A stretch of DNA of 64,000 nt from an uncultured Actinomycetota bacterium (GCA_963836825.1 CAWILI010000008.1:80235-144234), one strand, 5' to 3'; numbered from the stretch's first letter, positions 12,373-23,486 are shown. A program made the numbers and translations. The notes: a model not told the origin generated them from the sequence alone.

Positions 12373-13430
12373 GCGCCGACACCCGCGCCGAGCCGACGCG
12401 CACCGAGCCGGTCGTCGACGTGCACGCGCACCTGCTGCTGCCCGCGCTGCAGCAGGCGGTCGGCGCACGCGACCCCGAGGGGTTCGCCGCGGCGCAGGCG
12501 CTCGAGGCCCGCCGCAACGGCCCCGAGAGCCTCGCCGCGTCGGGCCGCATGATCGGCGAGCGGATGCCGCTGCTCACGTCGCTCGACGCGCGCCTCGCCG
12601 AGATGGACCGGCAGGGCGTCGACGTGCAGGTCGTGTCGCCGTCGCCGTCGCACTACTACCCGTGGGCGGGCGAGGAGCTCGCCGCCTGGGCCGCGCGCGA
12701 GGCGAACCGCGCCATCGCCGAGCACGTCGCGGGCGCGCCCGACCGGCTGCTCGGCCTCGGGCTCGTGCCGCTGCAGCATCCGCAGCTCGTCGTCGAGGCG
12801 CTCGAGGACGCGGTCGTCGAGCGCGGCCTCGCCGGCGTCGAGCTCTCGTCGTTCGCCGGCGACGTCGAACTCTCCGACGAGCGGCTCGAGCCGTTCTGGA
12901 CGCGCGCCGAGGAGCTCGACGCGATCGTGTTCCTGCACCCGTTCGGCTGCAGCCTCGACGAGCGGCTCGACCGCTACTACCTCTCGAACACCGTCGGCCA
13001 GCCGGTCGAGAACGCGGTCGCGCTGTCGCACCTCATCTTCTCGGGCGTGCTCGACCGGCATCCCGACCTGCGGCTCGTCGCGGCGCACGGCGGCGGGTAC
13101 CTGCCGACGTTCCTCGGTCGCTCCGACCACGCGTGGCAGGTGCGGCCGGAGGCGCACGGATGCCGCGAGCTGCCGTCGTCGTACCTGCGGCGCCTGCGGT
13201 TCGACTCGCTCGTGCACACCCCCGGCGCGCTCCGCGCCCTCGTCGACGCGGCGGGCGCCGACCGGGTGCTGCTCGGCACGGACTACCCGTTCGACATGGG
13301 CGTCGACGACCCGATCGAGCGCGTGCGCGAGGCCGGGCTCGCCGGAGGCCGACGAGCGCGCGATCCTGTCGGGGAACGCCGCCGAGCTGTTCGCCGGCGG
13401 CGCTTCGACGGGCGGCGGGCGGTCGCGTGA
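12369..13430 (+). CDS. Amidohydrolase_2 family protein (ACMSD/decarboxylase-like)
   Basis: VVDVHAH, VFLHP, AHGGGYLP and VLLGTDYPFDMG metal-binding motifs. Confidence 0.9.
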   Translation: MSADTRAEPTRTEPVVDVHAHLLLPALQQAVGARDPEGFAAAQALEARRNGPESLAASGRMIGERMPLLTSLDARLAEMDRQGVDVQVVSPSPSHYYPWAGEELAAWAAREANRAIAEHVAGAPDRLLGLGLVPLQHPQLVVEALEDAVVERGLAGVELSSFAGDVELSDERLEPFWTRAEELDAIVFLHPFGCSLDERLDRYYLSNTVGQPVENAVALSHLIFSGVLDRHPDLRLVAAHGGGYLPTFLGRSDHAWQVRPEAHGCRELPSSYLRRLRFDSLVHTPGALRALVDAAGADRVLLGTDYPFDMGVDDPIERVREAGLAGGRRARDPVGERRRAVRRRRFDGRRAVA

Positions 13431-14402
13431 GGATCGCGCGCTGGCGACCACGACGGCGCGCGTCGGCGAGGGCTTCGTCATCGGCGACGGCGTCGTGCCG
13501 TTCCCGCGCGGCCTGACCGTCGCCGACGTGCTCGCGGCCGGCCTCGCCGAGGTGCCCGCGCTCGCCGACGGAGGCCGACGCCGCGGCATCCGTGCCCCTC
13601 GCCGAGGTCGAGCTGCTCGCCCCGCTCGTGCCCGCGAGCGTGCGCGACTTCGTGGCGTTCGAGGAGCACGTCGAGGGCGTCACCGCCTCGATCGACGGCG
13701 CCAGCCACGTGGTCGACGAGTGGTACGAGTTCCCGACGTTCTACTTCACGAACCCGCACTCGATCATCGCGACCGGCGCCGACGGTGCGGCCGCCGCGCG
13801 ACCGAGCGCCTCGACTTCGAGCTCGAGGTGGGCGCCGTGATCGGCGGCGTCGCGGGCTCCGACGGGCGCGACCTGTCGCCCGCGCGAGGCCGCCGGCCAC
13901 ATCTTCGGGTACACGATCTTCAACGACTGGTCGGCCCGCGACATCCAGGCCCGCGAGATGAAGGTGCGCCTCGGGCCGGCCAAGGGCAAGGACTTCGCCA
14001 CGACGCTCGGCCCGTGGATCGTCACGGCCGACGAGTTCGCCGGCCTGGTCGACGACGAGGGGTTCCTGCCGATCGGCATGGAGGTCTTCGTCAACGGCGA
14101 GCGCATCGGACACGACCTGCTCTCGAACATGGGCTGGCCGTTCGGCGACCTCGTCGCCTACGCGTCGCGCGATTCACGGGTCGTGCCCGGCGACGTGCTC
14201 GGGTCGGGCACCGCGGGCAACGGCGGATGCCTCGCCGAGCTGTGGGGCCGGGCGGGCGAGCTCACGCCGCCACCGCTCGCCGCCGGCGACGAGGTGCGTC
14301 ATGCGCGTCGAGGGCATCGGCGAGATCCGCAACACGATCGGGACATCCGTTCCGGTCCCCGACGTCCCTCCGGCTCGCCGGAGGCCACGAACGCGCCCGT
14401 GA
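13427..14402 (+). CDS. Second fumarylacetoacetate hydrolase family protein (several indels)
   Basis: RDFVAFEEH, PTFYFTN, LDFELEV, GYTIFNDWSARDIQ, GPAKGKDFATTLGP and PGDVLGSGT. Confidence 0.88.
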
Positions 14403-14434
14403 CGGGCGTGCCACCCCCACCCCTAGGAGATTCA

Positions 14435-15676
14435 ATGACGAACTCATCCGTCGAGGCGCCCCGCGCCGCGACCCGGAAGGCCGGCATCTGGCAGGCCGTC
14501 CTGCTGCTCGCCGGCAGTTGCCTCCCCGTGCTCGGGGCGGTGCTGATCACGCCGATCCTCCCGCAGCTGTCCGCCGTCTTCGGCGGCGAGCCGGGCGCCG
14601 AGGTGCTGGTGCCCATGATCGTCGCGATCCCGGCGCTCATGATCGCGATCTTCGCACCGTTCGCCGGGCAGATCGTCGACCGCCTCGGCCGCAAGGGGCT
14701 GCTCATCATCGCGATGGTGGCGTACGCGTTCGTGGGCACCGCGCCCGCCTACCTCGAGTCGCTGCAGCTCATCCTGCTCACCCGCGTCGGCGTCGGCATC
14801 ACCGAGGCGGCCATCATGACCGTCTGCACGACCCTGATCGTCGACTACTTCCATGAGGAGAAGCAGCGCAACAAGTACCTCGGCCTGCAGACGGTGGCCA
14901 CCACGCTCGCCGCGACGGTCTTCATCATCCTGGGCGGGGCGCTCGGCGTCGGCGGTTGGCACACGCCGTTCTGGGTGTACGGGATCAGCCTCGTCATCGC
15001 GGTGCCGATGCTCTTCCTGCTCTGGGAGCCCGGACGCGGCGATGCGACCGATGAGCACGTGGCATCCGCCGGGCGGGTTCCGGTTCCGTGGCGTCGTCTG
15101 CGCCTGCCGCTCGTCGTCGCGCTGTTCGGCGGGTTCACGTTCTACGTGATGCTCATCGAGACGAGCTACCTGCTCGTCGAGAACGGCGTCGACGCGAGCG
15201 ACACGGCCACGATCGGTGCGGTCGCCGCCGGTGCGTCGCTCGTCACCGCGGCCGGCGCGTTCAGCTTCCCGCGGTTGGTCAGGCGCGGGCACCGATTCGT
15301 GCTGCCGCTCGCGTTCGGGCTGCAGGCGCTCGGCATGCTGGTGATCTGGGCGGTCGGCGGTGTCGCGGGTGTCGTCGTCGGCGCGGTCATCGCCGGCTTC
15401 GGATCCGGCATCCTGCTGCCCGCCATGATCACCTGGGCGCTGTCGGGCGTGAAGTTCGAGGAGCGCGGACGCTCCACCGGCTGGTGGAATGCGGCCTTCT
15501 TCTTCGGCCAGTTCCTGACGCCCATCCTCGTCGGTGCACTCGTCGCAGCCGTGGGCGGCCTCCCGATCGCCATCGGCATCGTCGGGATCGCCTGCGCGCT
15601 GGTGGCGCTCGTCCTCGGTCTGCGGTTGCGCCGAACGGCTCCGGCCCCGGCAGACGATGCGGTGACGGTGTCCTGA
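14435..15676 (+). CDS. MFS transporter
   Basis: About 12 hydrophobic segments; GQIVDRLGRK motif A; AGGAG RBS. Confidence 0.9.
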   Translation: MTNSSVEAPRAATRKAGIWQAVLLLAGSCLPVLGAVLITPILPQLSAVFGGEPGAEVLVPMIVAIPALMIAIFAPFAGQIVDRLGRKGLLIIAMVAYAFVGTAPAYLESLQLILLTRVGVGITEAAIMTVCTTLIVDYFHEEKQRNKYLGLQTVATTLAATVFIILGGALGVGGWHTPFWVYGISLVIAVPMLFLLWEPGRGDATDEHVASAGRVPVPWRRLRLPLVVALFGGFTFYVMLIETSYLLVENGVDASDTATIGAVAAGASLVTAAGAFSFPRLVRRGHRFVLPLAFGLQALGMLVIWAVGGVAGVVVGAVIAGFGSGILLPAMITWALSGVKFEERGRSTGWWNAAFFFGQFLTPILVGALVAAVGGLPIAIGIVGIACALVALVLGLRLRRTAPAPADDAVTVS

Positions 15677-15726
15677 GCGAAGCGCGACGCGGTATCGGGA
15701 ACGGCGTCTCCGATACCGCGTCGCAC

Positions 15727-16703
15727 TCAGCCGTCGGCGTCGATTGCCCCGACGTCCAGCGCGGAGCCCTTCCGGGCGGATCCACTGTCGAGTGCGATGC
15801 CGGCCTCGGCGACGAGGCTGCGCAACCACTCGTGCTCGGGATCGCGTCGATGCACCGGATGCCACCACATCGCGTTGTGGATGGGGGTGGCGTCGAACGG
15901 CGGCTCGAACACCCGCACGCCTCCCACGTTCCGGGCATAGTCGGCGAGTCCCGCCTGCATCAACCCGAGTCGGTCGGTCCCGGCGATGAACATCGGCAGC
16001 GCCAGGAAGCTCTCGACCACGGCCTCCACGCGTGGCTCGATGCCGAGCTGCTGGATCTGCCGCGTCGCCGACGTGAACGCCGACCTCGACTGGTAGGTGA
16101 AGACCCACGGCAGCCGAGCGACATCGTCGAGCGTGACGGATCGCCGATGGCGGGGTGGTCGTCGGCCGCGACGATGACCCAGCGGTCGGTCCAGAGGTCG
16201 GTGTAGGGCAGGTCGGTGAGGAATCCGTGCGGCATGAAGAGGCCGTCGGCGCCGCGCAGGCGGTTCACGGCGTCCTCCACGATCTGCGGGTTGTGCAGCA
16301 TGAAACGGAAGCGAACGCCGGGTGCCCGCTCCGCGGCCAGGGCGGCGAGCCGTCGTCCGGTGGTGGCGAGGCTGTAGTCCGAACCGTAGATCGCGAACTC
16401 GCGCGTCGACTGGCTCGGGTCCCACTCGGCCTGGCTCTCGAACACCCGCCGCGCGGCATCCAGCGCCGCGGCGGTGTGCTCGGAGAGGCGCGACGCGAGC
16501 GGCGTGAGCTCGTAGCTGTTGCCGGTCCGCGCGAGGATCGGATCGTTGAAGTGCGTCCGCAGGCGTGCGAGCGACGCGCTGAGCGCGGGTTGGCTCAGGT
16601 GCAGGCGTTCGGCGGCGCGGGTGACGCTGCGTTCGGTGAGCAACGCGTCGAGCGACACGAGCAGGTTGAGATCGAGTCGGGAGAGCGGGGCTTGGTCGGA
16701 CAC
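15727..16703 (-). CDS. LysR family regulator, NodD/LeuO-like (indel near 16140)
   Basis: LDLNLLVSLDALLTERSVTRAAERLHLSQPALSASLARLR HTH; C-terminal MWWHPVHRRDPEHEWLR. Confidence 0.92.
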
Positions 16704-16745
16704 GTCGTCGTGTTCCTTCGCTAGGTACGTTGGGGTTCTCACTTT

Positions 16746-16789
16746 ATCGATGTGATCGATCCAGAGACGGCGCCATCGTGCCGATCGAT
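16746..16789. promoter_or_regulatory. Two ATC-N9-GAT LysR-type sites in the lysR/MFS divergent region
   Basis: ATCgatgtgatcGAT at 16746-16760 and ATCgtgccgatcGAT at 16775-16789. Confidence 0.5.
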
Positions 16790-16871
16790 GGTCGCGGGGC
16801 GGGTGCCGTTGGCGTCGGACATGGCGGATGCCTCTGGCGGAGTCATCCGCCCCGATGGTAGGAACGTCACC

Positions 16872-18398
16872 ATGGGGGACACGACAACGGCAACGTCGCA
16901 GCGCTACGCGCTCGGCGCACTCATCGCGACGAGCGTCTCGGCACTGGTGGTGAACGCGAACACCTCGGCGGTGTCGATCCTGATCCCGGCGATCTCCGAG
17001 GACACGGGAACGCCGACCGACACGCTGCAATGGGCGGTGACGGGCTACTCGCTCGTCGGGGCGGCGGTGATCGTCACGTCCGGTTCGCTCGGCGACGTGT
17101 TCGGACGGCGCCGGATCTTCCTCGGCGGCCTGTTCCTCTTCATCGCCTCGTGCGTGCTCATCGCACTCTCGACGGAGGGCGTCGGGGTCATCGCGGGCCG
17201 GTGCATCCAGGGCGCGGCCGGCGCCACGATCCTCGCGTGCGGCATGAGCCTGCTCTCGGCGTCGAACACCGGCAAGGCCCAGCTGCGCGCGGTCACGCTC
17301 TGGGGTGCGGCGTCGGCCATCGGCGCCGCGGCCGGCCCACTGGTCGGCGGCCTGCTCGCGTCGACGCTCGGCTGGCAGGGGCTGTTCTGGATCGACGCGA
17401 TCATCGCCGTGCTGTGCGTGCCCGTGACGCTCCTCGCGGTGCAGGAGTCCAGCGACCCGACCCGGTCGAAGTCGATCGACTTCGCCGGCACCGTGCTCAT
17501 CGCGCTCATCCTCGCGCCGCTCATCTTCGCGTTGACGAACGGCAGCGCGTGGGGCTGGGTGTCGTTGCCGACGATCGCATGCTTCGCCGTCACGATCCTC
17601 GCGACCATCGGGTTCGTGCTCGTGGAACGTCGCGTCAAGGCGCCGCTGCTCGACCTCAACCTGTTGCGCAACTCGGTGCTCGTCGGCGCGACCCTGTCGA
17701 TCCTGCTCGGCTCGGGCACGATCAACGCGATCATGTACGTCGTCAGCCTGTACTTCCAGAATCCGGCGACGCTCGGAATGGACGCCTTCCAGGCCGGCCT
17801 CGCGACCCTGCCGGTCGCCGCCGCTGCCGTGGTGCTCGCACCGCTCATCACGCCCATCGTCGGGAGGATCGGCGCGCGCACCACGATCGCCCTCGGCTTC
17901 GTCATCATGTCGGTGTCGTTCGCCGCGCTCGCGTTCGTGCAGGAGAGCTGGGTCTACGCCATGTTCGTGCTCCCGCTCGTCGGCGTCGCGGCCGGCATGA
18001 GCCTGCAGAACGGTCCGTGCTCGTCGCTCTCGACGGCGTGCGTCGAGCCGCGTGAGGTCGGCGCCGCGTCGGGCGTCTCGAACATGGCCCGCTACGTCGG
18101 CGCGGCCGTGATGACCGCGATCGTCGCGTCGGTGTACGGGTCGGTCACCGCGAACCGCGTCGCCGACGGAGCATCCGAGGGTGCCGCGCTCGCCGATGCG
18201 TTCTCGTGGTCGTCGATCGCGATGGGCATCTGGTGCGTGCTCGGCATCGCGCTCGCCCTGCTCGTCGCACGTCGCGTGACGCGCAAGCCGGGCGAGTTCG
18301 AGTACGCGGCCGCCGCAGCGTCGATGTCGCACACGCTCACGCCGCCCGAGGCCGACCACGCGGGGGCCGGCTCGCAGCCCGCGGGTGCCCGGGGCTGA
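16872..18398 (+). CDS. MFS transporter, 14-TM DHA2-like
   Basis: LQWAVTGYSL, GSLGDVFGRRRIF, GRCIQGAAGA and GPLVGG motifs. Confidence 0.9.
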   Translation: MGDTTTATSQRYALGALIATSVSALVVNANTSAVSILIPAISEDTGTPTDTLQWAVTGYSLVGAAVIVTSGSLGDVFGRRRIFLGGLFLFIASCVLIALSTEGVGVIAGRCIQGAAGATILACGMSLLSASNTGKAQLRAVTLWGAASAIGAAAGPLVGGLLASTLGWQGLFWIDAIIAVLCVPVTLLAVQESSDPTRSKSIDFAGTVLIALILAPLIFALTNGSAWGWVSLPTIACFAVTILATIGFVLVERRVKAPLLDLNLLRNSVLVGATLSILLGSGTINAIMYVVSLYFQNPATLGMDAFQAGLATLPVAAAAVVLAPLITPIVGRIGARTTIALGFVIMSVSFAALAFVQESWVYAMFVLPLVGVAAGMSLQNGPCSSLSTACVEPREVGAASGVSNMARYVGAAVMTAIVASVYGSVTANRVADGASEGAALADAFSWSSIAMGIWCVLGIALALLVARRVTRKPGEFEYAAAAASMSHTLTPPEADHAGAGSQPAGARG

Positions 18399-18429
18399 GC
18401 GCCGATCCGCTCACGTGCGATTCGGCCGG

Positions 18430-19116
18430 TCAGGCCGATGGCCGCACGACGCCGTTCTCGTACGCGTACACGACCGCGTGCACCCGGTCGCGCAGGCCGA
18501 GCTTCATGAGCACCTTCGACACGTGGGTCTTCACGGTCGCCTCGCCCACCCACATGCGCTCGGCGATCTCGGCGTTCGAGAGCCCCTCGGCGAGCAGCTC
18601 GAGCACCTCGCGCTCTCGGTCGGTGAGGGTCTCGAGGGATGGATTGCTCGATCCAGGAGCGGCCCCGCGCAACGGTTCGATCGCCGCGGTCCGACCGGCG
18701 ACGGCCTCGATGACCCGGCGGGTCACATCGGGCGAGAGCAGCGCGTCGCCCCGGGCGACGACCTGGACCGCCTCGATCAGCTGCTCGGGACTCGAGTTCT
18801 TCAGGAGGAACCCGCTCGCCCCCGCCTCGAGCGCCGCGAACAGGTAGTCCTCGCGGTTGAACGTCGTGAGCACGAGCACGGCGGCTGCGGAGGTCGCATC
18901 CGTCGTGATGCGGCGCGTGGCCTCGAGCCCGTCCATGCCGGGCATCTGCACGTCCATGCACACGACGTCCGGTGAGAACTCCGCGACCGCCGCGATCGCG
19001 GCCTCACCGTCGGCGGCCTCGGCGACGACCTCGATTCCCTCCTCGGATTCGAGGATCGTGCGGAATCCCGCGCGCACGAGGCTCTGGTCGTCGACGACGA
19101 GCACCCGGATGCTCAC
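18430..19116 (-). CDS. NarL/LuxR family response regulator
   Basis: IRVLVVDDQSLVRAG, DVVCMDVQMPGMDG, GASGFLLK and LTDREREVLELLAEGLSNAEIA. Confidence 0.95.
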   Translation of the reverse strand: MSIRVLVVDDQSLVRAGFRTILESEEGIEVVAEAADGEAAIAAVAEFSPDVVCMDVQMPGMDGLEATRRITTDATSAAAVLVLTTFNREDYLFAALEAGASGFLLKNSSPEQLIEAVQVVARGDALLSPDVTRRVIEAVAGRTAAIEPLRGAAPGSSNPSLETLTDREREVLELLAEGLSNAEIAERMWVGEATVKTHVSKVLMKLGLRDRVHAVVYAYENGVVRPSA

Positions 19117-20466
19117 CCGCGCACCTCTTCGACCCGCCGCAGCGGGAACCGCGCCCGCACGAGGTACCCGCCCCGGGCTCGCGGGCCGAGCTCGATGCTG
19201 CCGCCGGCCGCCGCCACGCGCTCGCGCATTCCGAGTTGCCCGAGACCCGCGTCCGGGACATCCGTCGCCCCTCGCGCGACCGCGCGCGTGACGGTGCCCG
19301 TGTTCGTCACCTCGATCTCGAGCGACTCGGCCGACCAGCGCACGCGCACATCGGCGGTGGCGGCCGCGCCCGCGTGCTTGCGCACGTTGGTGAGCGCCTC
19401 CTGCACGATGCGGTAGGCGCTGAGCCCGACGACCGGCGACACCTCGTGCGGGTCGCCGACGATCGCGAGGGTCGTCGGCAGCCCGTTGGCCGTCGATTCG
19501 TCGACGAGTTCGTCGATGCGGTCGATGCCGCGGGTCGAGGTGCTCGTGATCGCGGGCTCGTCGATCGGCGAGCGCCGGCGCGACCTCGACCTCGCCGGTG
19601 TCGGCCGTGCCGCGCAGGGTTCCGAGCAGCCGGTGCAACTCGTCGACGGCGTCGCGCGCACTCGTCTCGATCGCCGAGAGCGATGCCGACGCTGCATCGG
19701 GGTCCTTCGCGAGCACCCGCCGCGCCGCACCCGCCTGCACGCCGATCACCGAGACGTGGTGGGCCACGACGTCGTGCAGCTCGCGGGCGATGCGCAGCCG
19801 CTCGATCGCGACCGCCTGTGCACGCGTGCGCTCGCGCTCGGCGGCGAGCTCGGCGGTGCGCTGCTCGAGCTCGGCCCGCGAGCGAGCCGAGCGGTAGGCG
19901 TTGTCGCCGAAGTACCAGGCGCCGCCGAAGTACAGCAGGTTCGTGAGCACGTTGATGAGTCCGTAGGCGACATACGGCGAGAGCGTGCCCTCGCGCGGCA
20001 GGTCGGGCAGGTGGTCCTGCACGGCCGAGTAGTAGATGAGCGCCCAGAACAGCCACGCGAACATGCCGAGCACGATCACGCCGCGCACGATCGTCGCGCG
20101 CCGCCGGCTGCGGCCCCACGCGCCGACGGTGTAGATCGCGATGAAGAGGCAGATGTTGCTGAAGAGCGCCTCGCCGGCCATCGTGACCGAACCGACGATG
20201 AAGGCGACGGATGCCACGAGCGCGACGATCTCGGGCTGCAGGCGCCGCGCGGCGAGGGGAAGCGACATCGCCGGCACCCAGATGACCGAGGCCCACCACG
20301 GGGTGTCTTCACCCCAGCCGGTGATGCGGTACAGCACGACGCTCGCCGAGAGGCCGACGAGCATGACCAGGGCGAGCACGAGGTCGTTGCGCAGCCCGGT
20401 GCGGCCGGGGCGGGGGCGCACCCACTCGACGCCGTCGATCACGGGTGGTGCCGGGGTTGCGCTCAT
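19113..20466 (-). CDS. HisKA_3 membrane sensor histidine kinase (indel near 19570)
   Basis: N-terminal TM helices, ERLRIARELHDVVAHHVS, YRIVQEALTNVRKH and GLGQLGMRERV. Confidence 0.93.
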
Positions 20467-20649
20467 CCTGCAACGCTAGCGAGCGGGCTCGGGTGGGTCA
20501 TCCGTCGCGTGGCGGAGATGCGGGCGTGCCGCTTCGGGCCGGCTCGGCACGCTGAACCCGGGCAAGGCGTTCCCCGGGTAGCGCCGGGGCCGCGCCCGGG
20601 CATACGCTCTGGGTGCCGAGGCCACGTCAGCCGATCGGAGGGATGCGCG

Positions 20650-22390
20650 ATGGGGGATGCACCGGACGATCCGGCAGACGCGACCGCGGGCACCCGCGAG
20701 TCGTGGCTCGCCACGCGCTGGCGCCGCATCCGCGGGGTGTTCCGGCGCGAGACGCTGGGCAAAGATGCCCTCGCCGGCACCATCCTCGGCATCGAGAGCG
20801 TTCCCGACGGACTCGCCATCGGACTGCTCGCGGGGGTCAACCCGGTGGCGGGCATCTACGCCTTCCTGTTCGGGCTGGCGGGCGCCGCGCTGGCCACCAG
20901 CAGCTCGTTCATGGCGGTGCAGGCGACCGGTGCGATGGCGCTCATCGTCTCGGACACCGACCTCGGCACCCGGCCCGACCCCGATCGCGCGCTCTTCACG
21001 CTCGCCATGCTCACGGGCGTGTTCATGGTCATCGCCGGCCTGCTCAAGGGCGGTCGGATGCTGCGTTTCGTGCCCACCGCCGTGATGGTGGGGTTCGTCA
21101 CCGCGGTCGGGGTCAACATCGTGCTCGGGCAGCTCGACGAACCTCACCGGATACGCCGGCAGGGGCCCGAACCGGCTCTTCAGGGCGATCGACACGTTCG
21201 CGAACATGCGGCTGTTCGACGCTGCCGACCCTGATCGTCGGGCTCGTGACGATCGCGCTCATCGTGGTGCTCACGCGAACGCCGCTGCACTCGCTCGGCC
21301 TCGTGGTCGCGATCGCCGTGGGCTCGGGGCTCGCCGCCCTCTTCACCTACGTCTTCGACTGGCCGGTGCTGGTCGTCGGCGACGTCGCCGACGTGCCGAC
21401 GCGGTCTTCCGCTTCCGGTGCTCCCGAGCCTCGAGGACCTCGGCGTACCTGGCGCTGCCGGCGCTCTCGCTCGCGTTCGTCGGCCTCGTGCAGGGCGCCG
21501 CCGTCGCGGCCGGCGTGCCGAACACCGACGGCAAGCCGGCCGACGACTCGCGCAACTTCATCGGCCAGGGGGTCGGCAACATCGTCTCGGGGGTGTTCCG
21601 GGGCATGCCGGTCGGCGGCTCGATGTCGGCGTCGGCGCTCATCACCGCGGCGGGCGCGCGCACCCGCCTCGCGCTGTTCATCGCGGCCGGCGTGATGGCG
21701 CTCGTCATCCTCCTCGCCTCGGGAGTCGTCTCATTCGTCGCGATGTCGGCACTCGCCGGACTGCTCATCGTCGTCGGGGTGAAGGCGATCAAGCCCGCAC
21801 GCATCAGGTCGGTCGTGAAGACGGGGCCGTTGCAGACGTCGGTCATGGCCGTCACCTTCGTGCTCACGCTCATCATCCCGCTGCAGTTCGCGGTGCTCGT
21901 GGGCGTCGGGCTCGGCATCATCCTGTTCGTGGCCCAGCAGTCGAACCGGCTCAGGGTCCGCCAACTCGAGTTCCACGGCGAGGGTCGGCTGCGTGAGATC
22001 GACCCGGTGCCCGTCCTTCCGCCGCACGAGGTCGTGGTCCTCCAGCCGTACGGCAACATGGCCTACGCGAGCGCTCCCGTGCTCGAGGCGCAGCTGCCGA
22101 AGGTGGAACCGGAGTCGCGCGGATCGGTCGTCATCCTGCGCCTGCGCGGCATCGACGAGCTCGGGCTGTCGTTCGTCGCGGTGTTCGACCGCTACCTCAC
22201 CGACCTCGAGCAGAACGATTCCGCGCTGTGGTTCGTGATCGCCGGCGAGCGGATCCGCAGCCAGCTCGAGGCCGGCGGACTGCTCGACCGGCTCGGGCCC
22301 GATCGCGTCTACGAGAGCTCGGAGTGGGTCGGCGAGGCCGTGCACCGCGCGCACGGCGATGCCGAGGAGTGGGTGCGTCAACGGAGGTGA
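20650..22390 (+). CDS. SulP/SLC26 family anion transporter with STAS domain (indels)
   Basis: DALAGTILGIESVPDGLA, FVPTAVMVGF, GMPVGGSMSAS and C-terminal VILRLRGIDELG. Confidence 0.88.
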
Positions 22391-22582
22391 CCCGCTCTGG
22401 CGTTGCCACCGGCGTCGGCGCCGGGACATCGGGCCCGCTCAGTCTCGCACTGCGAGCCGTCGGATGCCCCGAGCTCGGCGACCGCGAGCTCGGTGATGTG
22501 CTCGGCAGGCCGCACCTGCGTCGAACACCGAATCCCGTTCGGCTGCGCCTGACGGCGCGAGTGCGGGGCCTAGGATCTGGGC

Positions 22583-23368
22583 ATGCCGAGTGGTCACTCC
22601 GACGAGCGTGAGGTGTCGCAACAGCGAGAGGTCGTGCACCTGCTGCGAGAGGTGCTCGGCGCCGACCTTCTCGGCGTCTACCTGTACGGCTCGGCGGTGC
22701 TCGGCGGACTGCGTCCGCATAGCGATGTCGATGTGTTCGCGGTCTCGCGTCGCACGTTACGCCCCTCCGAGCGTCGTCGGCTCGTGGGCGGGGTGATGGA
22801 GTTCTCGGGGAGGCGGGCGGCCCGTGGACCGGCCCGGCCGGTCGAACTGACGATCGTCACACAGGCCGACGTCCGACCGTGGCGATACCCGCCGCTTCGG
22901 GACTTCCAGTACGGCGAATGGCTGCGCGACGAGTACCGGCAGGGCATGGTGTCGTCGCCGATGGAGGATCCCGATCTCGCATCGCTGATCACGCAGGTGC
23001 TCCAGCGCGGCCTCGCGCTCGATGGGCCGCCTCCGGATGAGCTGCTCGACCCCGTTCCGCACGAGGACCTGCGGCGGGCGATCGTCGCCGGCGTTCCCGA
23101 CCTCCTCGACGAGCTCGAATCCGACACCCGCAACGTGCTCCTGACGCTCGCCCGCATCTGGATGACGCTCGGGACCGGCGAGATCACCTCGAAGGACGCC
23201 GCGGCCCAGTGGGCGATCGCGCGCCTCCCGGAGGCGTGACCGACCGGTACTGGACCGCGCGCGGGCGATCTACCTCGGCGACGAGGCGAGCACTGGACCG
23301 ATCTCCGACGCGCTGTCCGCACGGTCGCCGACCGTCTCGTGGGCGAGATCGAGCAGCTCGCCGGATAA
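22583..23368 (+). CDS. Aminoglycoside adenylyltransferase, ANT(9)/AadA family (indels near 23240-23290)
   Basis: YLYGSAVLGGLRPHSDVD, VELTIV..PWRYPP..FQYGEWLR, DTRNVLLTLARIW..GEITSKDAAA; tail RPVLDRARAIYLG continues in a shifted frame to TAA 23368. Confidence 0.88.
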
Positions 23369-23486
23369 GGGTCGGCGATGCCGGTTCGGCTGTGCTTGCC
23401 GCTGGAGATGCGGGCTGCTCGCGGTACGCGACGCACGTCCGAGCAGACAACATGCACTGGCGAGGGGATACCCGCGCGCGTGCGGC

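Noticed and set aside
13958-15676. Apparent FAH-MFS fusion protein (572 aa)
   Set aside because: An indel near 14300 causes read-through; the MFS has its own RBS and ATG at 14435 and the FAH ends at 14402 in another frame
18430-20466. Apparent hybrid kinase-response regulator fusion (678 aa)
   Set aside because: An indel near 19570 causes it; the kinase ATPase domain is in another frame ending at 19113 and the regulator starts at GTG 19116
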